Assembly (NCBI RefSeq): GCF_001194135.2
Contig: NC_069004.1
Span: forward strand, 19,842,773-19,906,772
Origin: Octopus bimaculoides
Lineage: Eukaryota
Length of the DNA stretch: 64,000 nt
Direction: 5' to 3'
A program made the translations under genes and the position numbers. The number at the start of each line of letters is the position of its first letter. The stretch's first letter is position 1. The notes beneath the pieces are model-generated. The model ran no database searches. It was not told where the DNA came from and saw nothing but the letters and a program-made list of their open reading frames with translations. Below are positions 13,368 through 26,256 of the stretch, piece after piece.

Positions 13368-13942
13368 TTAGTTATATAATCTTACATACTATACCTCCAC
13401 CCTGTTTTTCTCTATATTTTAAAATAGCAACAAACAATTTTCTAAAATATTATTTGTCTGTAAATCACTTTTAATGAACTATATATATATATTACGATAT
13501 GTAAACAAACTTAAGTTTGTTTTTGAAACTCTGAAATGTATTGTAGTACAAGTAGAAAGATATATTTTTCAACGCATAAATACTGATAGAACAGTATACA
13601 TGGGATAATATCCCTTACAGCGCAGAAAAATCTGTCAGCAACCAGCCATGAGAATCGAACTCACATCCCTTTGATTTCCGGTCAAGTGCTTTACTGACAA
13701 ATTCTTCTGCAATTTAGAACTTATAAAGTCATCCAGAAACGCTAGATGTAATATAAATTACATCATATGTAAACAAACTTATGTTTGTTTTCGAAACGCT
13801 GAAATGTATTGTAGTACAAGTAGAAAGATATATTTTTCAACACGTAAGGGATATTATCCCATGTATACTGTTCTATCAGTATTTATGCATTGAAAAATAT
13901 ATCTTTCTACTTGTAATATATATATATATTGTATGTGTGTGT

Positions 13943-14240
13943 GAGGGCGCATGGCTTAGTGGTTAGGATGTTGCACTCACAATCTAGCAATCGTAATTTC
14001 AATTCTTAGACTGGGTGGTGCATTGTGTTGTTGAACAAAACACTTCATCACACACTACTCTGCGATCATTGCAACACGACGTGTAGTACACAGCGCACCT
14101 ATTGAGACAATGTCGATTTTATGGAGGGAGGGAACTAATATGCGGTGCGAGCATTTGATAACTATAAACAAATCATTTGTGCAGGTTGTTCAGCAAAAGC
14201 TGAATGCTCATATGTTGTCTTCAACAGGAGAGTCCATCAC
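13943..14240 (+). mobile_element. tRNA-derived SINE (second family; related heads about 44060-44320 minus and 42335-42690 minus)
   Basis: ggcgcatggcttagtggttagg A-box head followed by a conserved body. Confidence 0.7.
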
Positions 14241-14989
14241 ATATATATATACTCCATGGATTCCCTGTTGAGGGTTCTGCAGTTTCATAATGAACAACAC
14301 TGATTTGTTTATAATGATCAAATGTTTGTGTTCACATATGCTCACTCTCTCCATCAAATCAACATCATCTATGCATGCCGTAATGAACACAAAATAAAAT
14401 AAGACAACACAAGAGGGGCAATATTGTATTAGCTTAAAGCTTCAAGTCATGTAAAAAAACAACCAGTCCACTCTGTAAAGTGGTTGGCATTAGGAAGGGC
14501 ATCCAACCATAAAACACAATGCCAAAACAGTCAAATGAAGCTTGATAATAACCCTCCGGCTTGCCAGCTCCTGTCACTTGTCCAACCTATGCCAGCATAG
14601 AAAATGGACATTAAATGATGATGATGATGGTATATATATATATATATATATGTAGTGAATGTCATTTCACTGTGATTTGTCAGAATTAAATACACCACTT
14701 ATATATTTCCATACATAAGTGGCTAAATAGGTGCATTGGCTGCTTTTATTGTATGTATGGAAATACCCACAAATTTTGACAATGTCTTTTATATTATATC
14801 TTGGGAGGGTCATTAAAGCAATAAAAAATACACACACTGGTTCAATTTCACTTATTATTTGTCAGTTGATTAGTTATGTATACTGTTTATATTAGTCAGA
14901 CTGGTGTCCTCATTTTGACTGTTGCTTCACTATGTTTCAGCTGTTGTACGTTTGTGCTGCTATATTATTTTCCACTTAAGGAAGCAGTG

Positions 14990-15490
14990 CATATGCTAGG
15001 ACATAACAACCTCCTAAGCAGGCCAATATCACCTTGATCACTTGACCGACCAGTCCATTGGGCGTCCATTTGACACCGCTGGTCACAGCACGCTGTCCAC
15101 TCCTCTCTGGATCGTGCCTTCCTCATCCATGTGGTCCCAATTGCCCTCCTAAAATTGTAACTCCACCGTTGTGGAGGCCTTCCGAGTGGTCATTTTCGCT
15201 CGCGTGGGTACCACTCGACAACTGCATGGGTCCACCACATTTGATGCTTCTGTTGTCTAACTTTTCTCTCAAGGTGTTCACACTCTGTCATGTATGTACA
15301 CTGGCATTACACATCCAGCGGATCATACTAGCTTCATTTCTTTCAAGCCTACGCATGTCCTCAGCAGTCATGGCCCATGTATCATACAGTCTACCTTTCA
15401 TCCTGAGCAAGAGGCCTTTAGTTGCCAGCAGAGGTAGGAGCTCCCTGGCTATTCCTATTCTAGCTGCTACACTCTCAGAGTAACCACCAA
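14990..15490 (-). mobile_element. RTE-clade LINE 3' fragment
   Basis: Minus translation AARIGIARELLPLLATKGLLLRMKGRLYDTWAMTAEDMRRLERNEASMIRWMCN. Confidence 0.7.
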
Positions 15491-15726
15491 CGGGCTTCTT
15501 TCAGTTTCCATCTACCAAATCCACTCACAAGGCTTTGGTTGGCCTGGGACTATAGTAGAAAACACTTGCCCAAGGTGCCACGCAGTGGGACTGAACCTGG
15601 AACCATGTGGTTGGTAAACAAGCTACTTACTACACAGCTACTCCTGTGCCTAGCCATATACAGTAGTACCTTGGTTTTTGAACAACTCTGATCGCGAATG
15701 AATCGTGCTTTATATATATCTATATA

Positions 15727-15938
15727 NNNNNNNNNNNNNNNNNNNNNNNNNNNNNNNNNNNNNNNNNNNNNNNNNNNNNNNNNNNNNNNNNNNNNNNNNN
15801 NNNNNNNNNNNNNNNNNNNNNNNNNNNNNNNNNNNNNNNNNNNNNNNNNNNNNNNNNNNNNNNNNNNNNNNNNNNNNNNNNNNNNNNNNNNNNNNNNNNN
15901 NNNNNNNNNNNNNNNNNNNNNNNNNNNNNNNNNNNNNN
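15727..15938. other. Assembly gap (others at 16922-17092, 44645-44778, 46223-46310, 50781-50790)
   Basis: Runs of N, mostly next to (TA)n, (CA)n or (TC)n microsatellites. Confidence 0.99.
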
Positions 15939-16320
15939 AGCGCCAACCACTCCGAGAGTGTAGTGGGTGCTTTTACGTGCCACCGGCACAAAGGCCAGTC
16001 AGGCAGTATTGGCAACGGCCACGCTCAAAATGGTGTATTTTACGTGCCGGCTGCACAGGAGCCAGTCGGGCGGCACTGGCAATGATCTTGCTCGAATGTC
16101 TTTACATTTGCCACTGGCACAAGTGCCAGGAAGGCGACGCTGGGCACAGATACCATCACAATTTCGCTTGCCCCAACAGGTCTTCGGAAGCCGAGTTTCA
16201 TGTCCAATGAAGGAGACGACGTTGGCATGGGTGCCAGTCGTCGATTTTAGTTCGATTTCAATTTCACTTGCCTCAACAGGTCTTCGCAAGCGATGTTTAG
16301 TGTCCAATGAAGGAAGGTAA
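15939..16320 (-). repeat. Dispersed repeat with internal ~62-bp tandem subunits (RTE-tail associated)
   Basis: Reverse complement of the subunit array at 57520-57870; related subunits at 17430-17810. Confidence 0.7.
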
Positions 16321-16416
16321 TATCTCTTCATTTCTCTATATCTTGATATGTCACTCCACCTTTCTATACTGACTCTGCTAATACATGCAACTGTGTTTAT
16401 ACTGTTTATTTGGTAG

Positions 16417-16536
16417 AAAAGGAAGCTGCAGATTCTTACGGAGAAAGGCCTAGGTTATGCTGTGAATGAATTTGTTGAGAAGGAGGAAAAGGAAGCAATA
16501 GCTGACATCGTTAAACATCAGTTATCAGAAACACAG
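16417..16536 (+). CDS. MRE11: MRE11 exon ([40 protein letters not shown])
   Basis: ggtag| acceptor and |gtaata donor, 120 nt, phase 0-0. Matches human [37 protein letters not shown]. Confidence 0.95.
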
Positions 16537-18894
16537 GTAATAAGCTAACTTTAGTTAATTAATACATTTCTTTTGTTTAAATCATTTATATTTATTTTAC
16601 TGAAAATTTGATTGATGCTTATATGTATATAGAACTCTGGTCACATTTGTAGTGGCCTAGTGGTGGCAGTCTTTATTTAGTTAAGGGTTACAATCTACCT
16701 TATCTCAGCGCTACAGATCAATTAAACACTTGTTAAGTATATAACAGGTAATGAAACAAATTATGCCCAGCATCAAGAAAACCAACATCTGAATTCGACA
16801 GTACATGAGAGTCGATGACATTAAAAGATCCATCAGGGTGATGGAATGCACACCTAGACTATGGACAAGATTAAGAAGCCAACCAAAGACAAGATAAGAT
16901 GATTTTGCCCACTTCCTGGGGNNNNNNNNNNNNNNNNNNNNNNNNNNNNNNNNNNNNNNNNNNNNNNNNNNNNNNNNNNNNNNNNNNNNNNNNNNNNNNN
17001 NNNNNNNNNNNNNNNNNNNNNNNNNNNNNNNNNNNNNNNNNNNNNNNNNNNNNNNNNNNNNNNNNNNNNNNNNNNNNNNNNNNNNNNNNNNNTGCTTAGT
17101 TACATCCCTTGTTCAAATCTTATTGAGATATACTTCTAGGGTCAATGAAATTTTATACCAGGCTCCCTAAATTTGAGGTTTTGTGCTTATGTTAAAAGTC
17201 AGTTCTACAGTGTCACTGTCGCCTGCATCTGTTGTCTCTCTGTTGAAATTTGCTGAAGTGTTGGTAATTTTTGTAGTATTGTTGATCCCATCTGAAGCCA
17301 CATAAATCAGTTTTTGGGGTAATTACTGTGACTACTGTCAGGATGAACTAGTGAAACAGGTGTTTGACAAGCACAACAATAATTTATTGGCTGTGATTTC
17401 TTTGTATGAAGTGCAATCTCCAAATGTTGGGCCTAACGGAGGCAATGACAAGCGACTGAGACCTTTTGTGATATGCCATGCTTGCAAAGACCCATCAAGC
17501 CAAGTGAGATCATTGTCGTGGCCAAATGCCAGTGTCACCTAACTGGCCCATTAAAAGCACCCTTCAAACATTGGGTGATATACTGTACCTGTGAAGACCT
17601 GTCAAGCCAAGTGAAATCATAGTCATGGCTATGCCGTCTGACTGGCACTTGTGCTGGTGGCACATAAAAAGCACCGTTCCAGCATTGGGCCTCATGGAGG
17701 CAGTAACGGGATTGAGACTTTTGGCGATATACTGTGCTTGTATAGACCTGTCAAGCTGAGTGAGACTGTAGTTGTGGCTGATGTTGGCGTCAGGTCAAAA
17801 AACACCCACTACGCTCTTGGAATGGTTAGCGTTAGGAAGGGCATCCAACCGTAGAAACCTTGCCAAATCAGATAGGAACTTGGTACAGCTCCCTGGCTTA
17901 CCAGTTTTCAGTCAAACCGTCCAACCCATGCCAGCATGGAAAACGGACTTTAAATGATGATGATGATGATGATAGCACAAAAGGGTCACCTTCATAGAGC
18001 TTTTACAACACATAAAGTACTTAGACTGCTTGGATCATATTAACACCCAAGGACTAGGAAAATGTAATCTTGCTGCCTTAGACAATTGTAGTTTTGACAT
18101 TCATGCTATTCACAGTTTACATTTACCAGTAGTAGGTATCTGTATGTTGTCGTTCAATCCACCGGAAATAGCAGCCTTAATGTAACATAAGTACTGGGGT
18201 CGATTTGTTAAACTAAAACCCAAGATGGTCACTGAAATAAGTTAAAAGATATGATTTCTGTTTCTAGATGTCAAAAGTACAATGATGTTTGGTGAAGAGA
18301 TAGAGGTGGAGGGGAGGAAGGAATTTGGCTTGGAAAATTATGAGCTTTAGACATTGTTATTAAAATAAAGACATGGCTGTATGGTTAAGAAATTTGTTTT
18401 GCAACTCAGTGGTTTCAGGTTGAATCCTGCTGTGTGACTTCTTGGGATAATATCTTCTATTTCAAGCAATGTTTTCTCTAATTTTTCTCAGTCACTGAGC
18501 AAACATTTGATGCTTTAGGTGAAAATATTTTAAATTCAAAGAGTATGGTATTCAAACTTTAATGCAGCTTAACAAGTACACATTAGCAAATTAAAATGAA
18601 CTTCATGGTCTTACATCAACCAATATAGTGTGAGTGGAATTTGGTGGACTGAAGCTGTGTAAAAGTGTGTGTGATGTTTTTTGTCATTTATACATTGGTG
18701 AGAGCTGTACACACCAACAAAAGAAACAATAAATCATGTATTTTTTGGCCCAGTTGCACAAACACCTTAACACTTTTACTATTGGAAACGGGGTGAACGA
18801 CCAGTCTGTAGCCAACAATGCTATTGTTCACAAAATACATGGTATCAAATAGTAATAAATAAATCAATAAATATTCTGTTTGTGATTGATATAG

Positions 18895-19331
18895 AAATAT
18901 CTGAACCAGAAACAACTGACATCTGAGGAGAATATCTACTCAATTGTACAACATTACAAAGAAGAACGAGCTAAAAAGAATGAGAGCAATGATGACTTGA
19001 GTGAAGCATTGAAAGAATCCCAGTCCAGAACTGCAAAATCTTCAAGTGTTCAGCATGATAAAGATGGTAATGAAAGCTGCAGCAGCAATGAGTCCCTTGT
19101 GTTTGATGATTCAGATGACTTTGGAGTTACAAATGACAATGCAGCACCGAGTAAGTCCAAGCGTGGCCGTGGAAGAGGTGCGAAAGAAACAACCACTTCA
19201 CGTGGTCGAAGTCGTGGAAGAGGGTCCCGAGGTTCCAGGAGTAAAGCTCAGGTGGTTACTGATAGCAGACAATCTTCAGACATGACCAGTTATTTTACTC
19301 AGAAGTCAAAACGGAAACTATCTGAGTCAGA
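18895..19331 (+). CDS. MRE11: MRE11 exon with GAR motif (KYLNQKQLTSEEN...KRGRGRGAKETTTSRGRSRGRGSRGSR...LSES)
   Basis: atag| acceptor and |gtaagt donor. Open 437 nt in the frame of ORF 18997-19335, phase 0 to 2. RG-rich motif typical of metazoan MRE11. Confidence 0.9.
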
Positions 19332-19379
19332 GTAAGTATTAAATTGGTATTCTTCAGTTTAAACTACTTTTTCATTACT

Positions 19380-19800
19380 TTAGCTTACATCTTCTTGCTT
19401 ATGGATGTCAGTTCCAACTTGAGAGCACAGAATGTCTTTCATTGAAGTTTTCATGGCTATATTCTTGGACCAGCTGCATAATTTGCCAGTCCATATGCAG
19501 GATGTTTTAAAGAGACATCCGTGGGATTACAATTGGGAAAATTATGAAGCCAGAAATTGAGGTTGGTGAAGTCATAGAAACTCTCAAACAACCATTTCTG
19601 ATTTTTTCTGGAGGTATGGCAAGAAGCCAAATCCTGCTGTCACATATATGACCTTCCTGTAGCAATCATCTCCTACCAGAAATTAACCTCAATCTCCAGC
19701 AGCTTCACATAGCCATTAGATTTGAGCCTAAGGCCCTGTTCATCCCTGCTGCCCATAGCTTTGTAGTTTCTGTTGCAACTGTCCATGTCACATCTTACAG
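19380..19800 (-). mobile_element. Tc1/mariner-superfamily transposase remnant (maT/DD37D-like)
   Basis: Minus translation QQDLASCHTSRKNQKWLFESFYDFTNLNFWLHNFPNCNP, a QQDxAPxH...WPPNSPDxNP-type motif. Confidence 0.7.
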
Positions 19801-21462
19801 CCCTTAAAGTGTTCACAGAGCTTTGAGCAACAGTCATGATGTTGGCATTTTTATATCCAGGAAACAGTTAACTCTTTTCCAATATTCAAATGGCTTCCAG
19901 CCTTCCATGTCAGCTACCTGTTTCTCAGCTACAACTTTAATCGTTATACTCTGCCATGCCTTTGCCTGTCCACCAATATACCAAGCTGTTTCTGAAAGAA
20001 GTTTATTTGGATTGGTACATTATTTTATTAACTTCAGAAGGTGAAAGGTAAATTGATCTTGATAGAATGTAAAGAGCTGGAACAAATACTGCAAAGCATT
20101 TTGTCTGACATTCAAATTATTCTGCTAATATGCTGCCTTTTAAGAACCTAGCTGTAAATAGATACTATGGTAAGAGAGAAAAGAGAGGTGGGGGAGAGAG
20201 CATGGGGTTTGAACCAAATTGTGCTGTGTAAGGCTGGAGATAAACCTTCTACAGCTAAAACCTATCTTGAGTCTACGTACTCATTAGGCCAGCACTTATC
20301 TCAGCTTCTGACTTGTTGAGTGACTGAGAGCACAAGACTCCTCCCTGGAAGGAACATCAGTCCATCACAAGGTTAACCCCAAGCTGCTGCTGTTAGTATT
20401 TATTTTCAGCTGAGTGGAACTGGAGCAACATGAAATGAAATGCCTTGCTGAAGAATACAACTCACTGCCTGGTCCATGAATCAAACTCGTGGCTTTACAA
20501 ACTTGATACTGAATGAAAGTAGTTGATGGAAACTGAAGAAGCCCATCATACATGTGTATGTGCATGTATGATATGGAGTTTGTATTTCCCTGTTTGCTGA
20601 TTGTAAACAAAAGCTTCACTGTTCATACAGTAGTGTTGCTTGCTATCCACTGCAAAATCATGTCAAGGGTTTTTGACGTGTTGACATGTTCATTTTCAAT
20701 AAACAGAGTGGATTATTACCTTAGTTGGAAGCTAGCCAGGATTGGAGTCAGGAAGGGCATCAAGCTATAGAAAATGCTGCTACAACAAACATAGTCACAC
20801 CTGACCTGTGCAAGTATGAAAAAGTATGCCTTGTGAGTGGATTTGGTCGACAGAAACTGAAAGAAACCCATCATATGTATATATATATGTATGTGTGTAT
20901 ATTATATGTATATATATATATTATCATCATCATCATCTAACATCCGCTTTCCATGTTAGCATGTGTTTGCAAATATAGTATTGGTATATCCCATTTATGT
21001 TCATTAGAAATTAAATAAATAAAGAAATTTGACATGTACGAATATTTATTCTCCCCCTCCACTGTATGTATGTATGTGTGTATATATAGTATGTATATAT
21101 GTGTATATATATGTATGTATATATACATATATATGTGTATATCTATATGTGTGTATATGTATCTATGTGTGTATGTTTGTCCTCCACCCCCACTTGTTGG
21201 TGTGTTTACATCCCCATAACTTAGCAGTTTGACCTAAGTGATTAATAGAATGAGTACCAGGCTTTAAAAGAAAAAAAGAAGTCCTAGGGTTGATCTGTTC
21301 CACTAAAGTGGTTGGTGTTAGGAAGGGTATCCAATATAGAAACCAATCCAAATCAGACTGGAACCTGGTGTAGCTCTCCAGTTTACCTCTGGTCAAACTG
21401 TCCAATCCATACCAGCATGGAAAACATATGAAATGATGAAGATGATGATGTGTGTGTGTGTA

Positions 21463-21741
21463 TATAAGAGATTATATAAATGACAAAGGAACAATAAATT
21501 ATGTAATGAACTTCAATAGCTTACAGCTGTTTCTGTTATAATATGCGATGCACTCCAAGTTGAGTGTTTGTGTACCATTTTCATCAGAGCTTCAAAAGTG
21601 AAGCTCCATTTTATAATGTGCTATAAGGTGACACACAAGCACTCAACTATGAGTGTATTGCATCTTATAGCAGAAACAGCTATAAGCTAATGAAGTTCAT
21701 TACATAATTTAATGTTCTCTTGTCATTTATATAAACTCTTA
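21463..21741. mobile_element. Foldback/MITE-like palindromic element
   Basis: The left arm ataagagattatataaatgacaa...cagctgtttctg is the reverse complement of the right arm; nearly the whole element pairs. Confidence 0.8.
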
Positions 21742-21854
21742 TTATACTCTGTGCTTGACTAACGCTTTTCTCTGAAGTATATGTATATTGACTTCTCGCA
21801 TCAGATAATTAGTACTGCTGCATCTAAGTTAAATATATATATATATATACACAC

Positions 21855-22290
21855 AATGTGGTATCAGAAAGTTCCCGGACTAGTTCTGTAGCATGCTAAC
21901 AGATGGCTGCGCATGGTTGCATGTGCAGTGAGAACAAGCAGTGACCTTCATGGGGCAGTGTGCCAAGTGACATTGCTGTGTTTACTTCACAAATTGTGAA
22001 ATTTATGTTTTTGTGATCACATGTATGCTGTAGTCTGTGATTTTGTCATGGACAGGAAGAAAGAGCCAATGTGAAATTTTGTGCTAAACTTGAGAAATCT
22101 GCTACAGAGACATTGAGTATGCTTCGACAAGCTTATGGCAATGAGGCAATGGGTTGTACGCAATGTTTCAAGTGGCACGGGTGCTTCGAAAGCTGAAGAA
22201 TGTCCCTGGAAGATGATGAGTGATGGTGGAAGACCTGCCACCAGCATCACCCCTGGAAATATGGTATTGTGCATTCAGAATTTGTATCCC
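21855..22290 (+). mobile_element. Mariner 5' fragment
   Basis: TIR-like gtggtatcagaaagttcccggact, then KFCAKLEKSATETLSMLRQAYGNEAM HTH. Same family as 55615-56735. Confidence 0.75.
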
Positions 22291-22379
22291 AAGGCCAGAT
22301 TGTCGATTAATCCCTCAACTGAAAAGGGGAGTAGTATTGAGTTTGGTGGCCTTGTGCCAGGTAGTAAGAGGTTAAACTA

Positions 22380-23470
22380 TGATAGGACAGACACAGATGC
22401 CTTGATATAGAGGAGATACATGGTTACTCCAGTTGATGGAGAAGAAAGAGAGATGGTGATAATGCATCAGGGCATACTCTCAGGTTACAAGGAAGTGAAT
22501 ATAAATAGAGTATTAGAGGATCAGACAGGGTGCATGAATAGGGAGTTCACAAGAGTGCAAAGGGAGAGAGGGTAGGGAAAAGGGAATGTAATGAGTGGTG
22601 AAACATGGCTATATAGAAAGTACAACAGAGTAGCAGTGTTATAATTGGCAGTTTGAGGACAGGAGAGAGAGATGACAGAATGGTGTTGGGCTACAAGAGT
22701 AGCAGAGGGAGAGACAAGCATGGTGCATGAAGAAAAAGTGGTTTGGTTCATTAGGCTGGGATGTGTGAATTAATGTTCACTGAGGTGGGTGGGTATTCTC
22801 AAGAATCTCAGTTCATTGTCATCTTCTCTGTGAAGCTCAACATCTTGACACTGGCCCTAACTATTTCATCCCATGTCTTCCTTTTCCACAGTTGCCATCC
22901 ATTTTAAGTGATCAGCACTTCTTTATACAACTGTCTTCATTCATATGCATCACTTGTTCAAAGCTTCTCTCAGTCCTAGCTCTAATTCTGAAGTCACTAA
23001 CTAGTGACTTGTGTTGGGTTGTACGCTCTTCACTTGGGAAAGACTTTGCACTTACAAGCATCAGTCTCTCTCATTGCCCGGTGAGGATGGAACCAATCTG
23101 GCTTATGTGGCCACCTGACTGATAGGTAATCAGGTGACTGGCGGGCTGATTTCCTGAAATTGGTGTTGCTGATAGTCAGATCATTTGCATCACAGAACTC
23201 CAGCAGCCTTGTTTCTTCCTCATTCCTAGTGCCAAAACCGTAACCTCCACACACACCATGAAATCCATGGGAGTGTTGCCCAGCATGTTCATGGAAGTCA
23301 CCAGCAACAATAACCAAGTTTCTGTCATTTTTCATTGAGGATTTAGTTGATGAGACCCTTGTCAAGGGCTGGCATGTGACCTCATTCCCCATTGAAGTCA
23401 GCTGTTGTGGCTTTCCATCTAGATCAGTGCAAAAGATAGATCAGGAATCCAAACAACTGAAGAAAGCCAC
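22380..23470 (-). mobile_element. RTE LINE, internally deleted (APE endonuclease joined to 3' UTR)
   Basis: ORF 23030-23392 IVAGDFHEHAG...RNEEETRLLEFCDANDLTISNTNFRK. The purine-rich block is the complement of the RTE 3' UTR. Confidence 0.75.
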
Positions 23471-23719
23471 TATGGCAGCTGAAACTAGCTAAAGAATGCT
23501 ATGGTTGATGAGCGACTGCAAAGGGAATCTTTCCATAGGTGAAGACTAACTCAGCCCTCGCTGCCCCACTCAAGTGTAGTGTACAGTCTAAGAGGTGGAA
23601 GGCTTGTGACTCTGAGATGCCTGCTGACAATACAGCAGTGTTTCCTGTTTGGCAATGGATTTAGAAGAGCTTGATAAACCATCTCTGATATTTATTTCAC
23701 CCAATAATCTGGAAGCCCT

Positions 23720-24945
23720 CACATCCAAGGCATAAGGTATTTCAGATTGCAAGATAAATCAAAGAAAATTGTAATGTTGTCAGAGAGAATGTTCAGATGG
23801 ATTGATGGTACACTTGGACTTAGTGGTTCTGCAAAGGAAGAGATATGGAAGTGTCACAATGAAAGGCTGCTAAATGTGGCAAATGCATGGGAAAAGGAGG
23901 ATCTACCTAATGTGGATCAGCAGAGGGACCAGTTATCAGAGTTGACAGCAGCATGATAGATAAAGCAATTAAGCATATAAAAACTGGGAAAGCTCCTGGC
24001 CCATCAGAAATTACTGCTGAGATACTTAAAATATCTGCCAGAGTGAGATATGACCTAGTCACCTGTTTAGTTAATCAGGTTTTTGTCCAGGAAGAGGTCA
24101 TGCACAATGACTGGTGTAGCAGCATTATAGTCAACTGCTACAAAGGGAAAGGTGATGCCTTGGACAGAAGTAACTACAGAGATATGAAATTGCTAGACTA
24201 GATCATGAAATTTACAGAAGGGACCTTAGATCAACTCTTAGGAAGAGAGTTAACCTAGATGAGATGCAGTTTGGTTTTGAGTCTTATCTTTGTAGTAAGG
24301 CAACTGCAAGAGAAGCACTTAGTCAAAAATAAACCACTTTACTTGGCATTTGTTGACATGAAGAAAGTCTTTGATAGGGTCCCTTGCTCACTCATTTGGT
24401 CATTGATGTGAAAGCTAGAGTACAGTGTTAAATACCTTCCCACACAACATCTCCTAATACCTCTTCCCTCTACCAGCACCCTCTCATTACATCACTCCAC
24501 CTCTAGCTCTCTCTCTCCTTTCAAAATGTTGGGAACTTACCTACCCTCTCTAATCCCTGGTCCACTTCAATATATACATCACCCTGTTACTTGGGTGTAT
24601 GGCTACTGCCCAATCCCTATCACATCTTCACCATCTTTCTACCCTCTCTCTTTCTCCACCTGAGATAGGTATGTTTCCCTTGTAATGAAAGACACATTTG
24701 CTGTCTTTTAATTCTACCTCACCCAGTCGAAGGGCCGTGTCCTGCAAGCTATTTGTTAACCTCGCTGCTGCTGGGGCTGTGTACAATGCATCCAACTGTA
24801 AAGTGGTTGGCATTAAGAAGGGGATCCAGCCAGATAAACCATGTCAAAACAGACAGCAGCGCTTGATGCAGTCTTCTGACTTGTTAGTTCCTGTCAAACC
24901 ATCCTACCAGCATGGAAAACGGATGTTAAAATGATGATGGTGATG
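23720..24945 (+). mobile_element. RTE LINE RT fragment plus 3' UTR ending in (TGA)n
   Basis: KTGKAPGPSEITAEILK...IIVNCYKGKGDALDRSNYR, YLAFVDMKKVFDRVP, and the tail ggttggcattaagaagggg...catggaaaacggatgttaaaatgatgatg. Confidence 0.8.
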
Positions 24946-24946
24946 A

Positions 24947-24947
<1 letters not shown>

Positions 24948-25030
<83 letters not shown>

Positions 25031-25032
25031 GG
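24948..25032. repeat. Compound (TC)n(TA)n(GA)n microsatellite
   Basis: Seen directly. Confidence 0.95.
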
Positions 25033-25567
25033 AGGGGGACATTGACTATTTAGTCCACTGTGAACCCTTGCTCTCACCTACTAGCTTAGGTGATGGTGAC
25101 ATTGCTGCTGTTGCCAACCTCCTCCTCCTCTTTTCTTCTTGATCAGATACTGTGCTTGATGCTGTTAAGAGGTGTGTGTTGTTACTGTCTCCTTGCCTTG
25201 GCTTTGCATGACAATTGTAAATGAGTGTCACTGTCATGTAAGCAGTTTCTTATGTGAAAACAAGTGAGGGTTGGTGACTGGGTGTGCATTAAGCTGTAGC
25301 AAGTCTGCTCCAGCAAATTCCATTTGACCCATGCGAACATGGAAAAGTGGATGTTATAATGCTGATGATATGTTTGTATGTATATATTGTTATTGAAGAA
25401 TCCTGTACACCCCCACATGACTGAAAGTGGACTAGACAGATTTGAATCAATAAAGAACTGCATGAGCTGTCGGTGGCAGTTGACTGCGTTGATCATCCAT
25501 ATTGGTTACTGTGTTGGTTGAATATTGTAACATGTATACGCGTATCATAACATATATGACAGATAAT

Positions 25568-25643
25568 TTACTGAGCTTCATGAAATTCTTGATTTGACTC
25601 AAGAGAAATTGAGTCAATGTGAAGAGAGCAGTTGCTTGACTCA
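25568..25643 (-). pseudogene. Degenerate terminal exon (*VKQLLS/+1/[17 protein letters not shown])
   Basis: actctttttccag| acceptor. Resembles the CEP63 terminal motif ILERLDAHIEELKRESEK. Lies antisense within MRE11 intron 19332-25892. Confidence 0.45.
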
Positions 25644-25892
25644 CTGGAAAAAGAGTCAATTCCCACTTAAATCACACCCTACCATCTTGAATGAAAAGGG
25701 TGTACTGGATTATGTAGTCCCTGATATACAAAAAGATAGGATGGTCATAGGTCAGCTCAATTAAGGCTAACCTGAGGCTAAGAAACAATAATTACTCATT
25801 AGAAATTATGTAAGATAAATTTATGAGCATGTTTTATAAAAGTGTTAATTGGATTCTCCTTCTAAAACATCTATTTTTTGCTCTTATAACAG

Positions 25893-26010
25893 TGATGACT
25901 CTGACCCAAAGACCAGCAACAGTTCAAATATATCTGTGAAAAACAGGAAGACTACTGAAAGAATAGCCCAGTCAATGAAACGTGGTGTTATATTTGATGA
26001 TGATGATTGA
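25893..26010 (+). CDS. MRE11: MRE11 terminal coding exon (DDSDPKTSNSS...MKRGVIFDDDD*)
   Basis: Pyrimidine tract plus aacag| acceptor completes GA|T (Asp). RGVIFDDDD resembles MRE11 KGVDFESSEDDDD. TGA at 26008-26010. Confidence 0.8.
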
Positions 26011-26011
26011 G

Positions 26012-26063
<52 letters not shown>

Positions 26064-26105
26064 GTTCTCTTCGCTGTTTAATGACTAATCATTCTGCAGG
26101 ACAAA

Positions 26106-26146
26106 AATAAATTTACAAGAAAACAATTGAAATATTTGTAACTTTA

Positions 26147-26185
<39 letters not shown>

Positions 26186-26256
26186 CACTCACATGTTTGT
26201 ATGTATGTGTATATAGATAGTCTCCTTGCTGTTTGATTTTGTTGTATAAAAATAAA
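26106..26256 (+). terminator. Candidate MRE11 polyadenylation signals (two AATAAA in a duplicated aaaataaatttacaagaaa block)
   Basis: AATAAA at 26106-26111 and 26251-26256, downstream of the stop codon. Confidence 0.45.

Noticed and set aside
13640-13700. tRNA-like A/B-box segments (also the SINE heads at 13943, 42660, 44290)
   Set aside because: No complete cloverleaf, and they are attached to repeat bodies, so they are SINE heads and not tRNA genes.
25565-25770. Plus-strand protein-like frame FTELHEILDLTQEKLSQCEESS... just before the last MRE11 exon
   Set aside because: No convincing splice sites or MRE11 similarity. It is better explained as the antisense of the minus-strand exon.
26008-26040. 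TGAG|GTGTGT as a donor for a 3' UTR intron or a longer MRE11 tail
   Set aside because: The GT belongs to a (GT)n microsatellite, and nearby AATAAA signals explain the 3' end.
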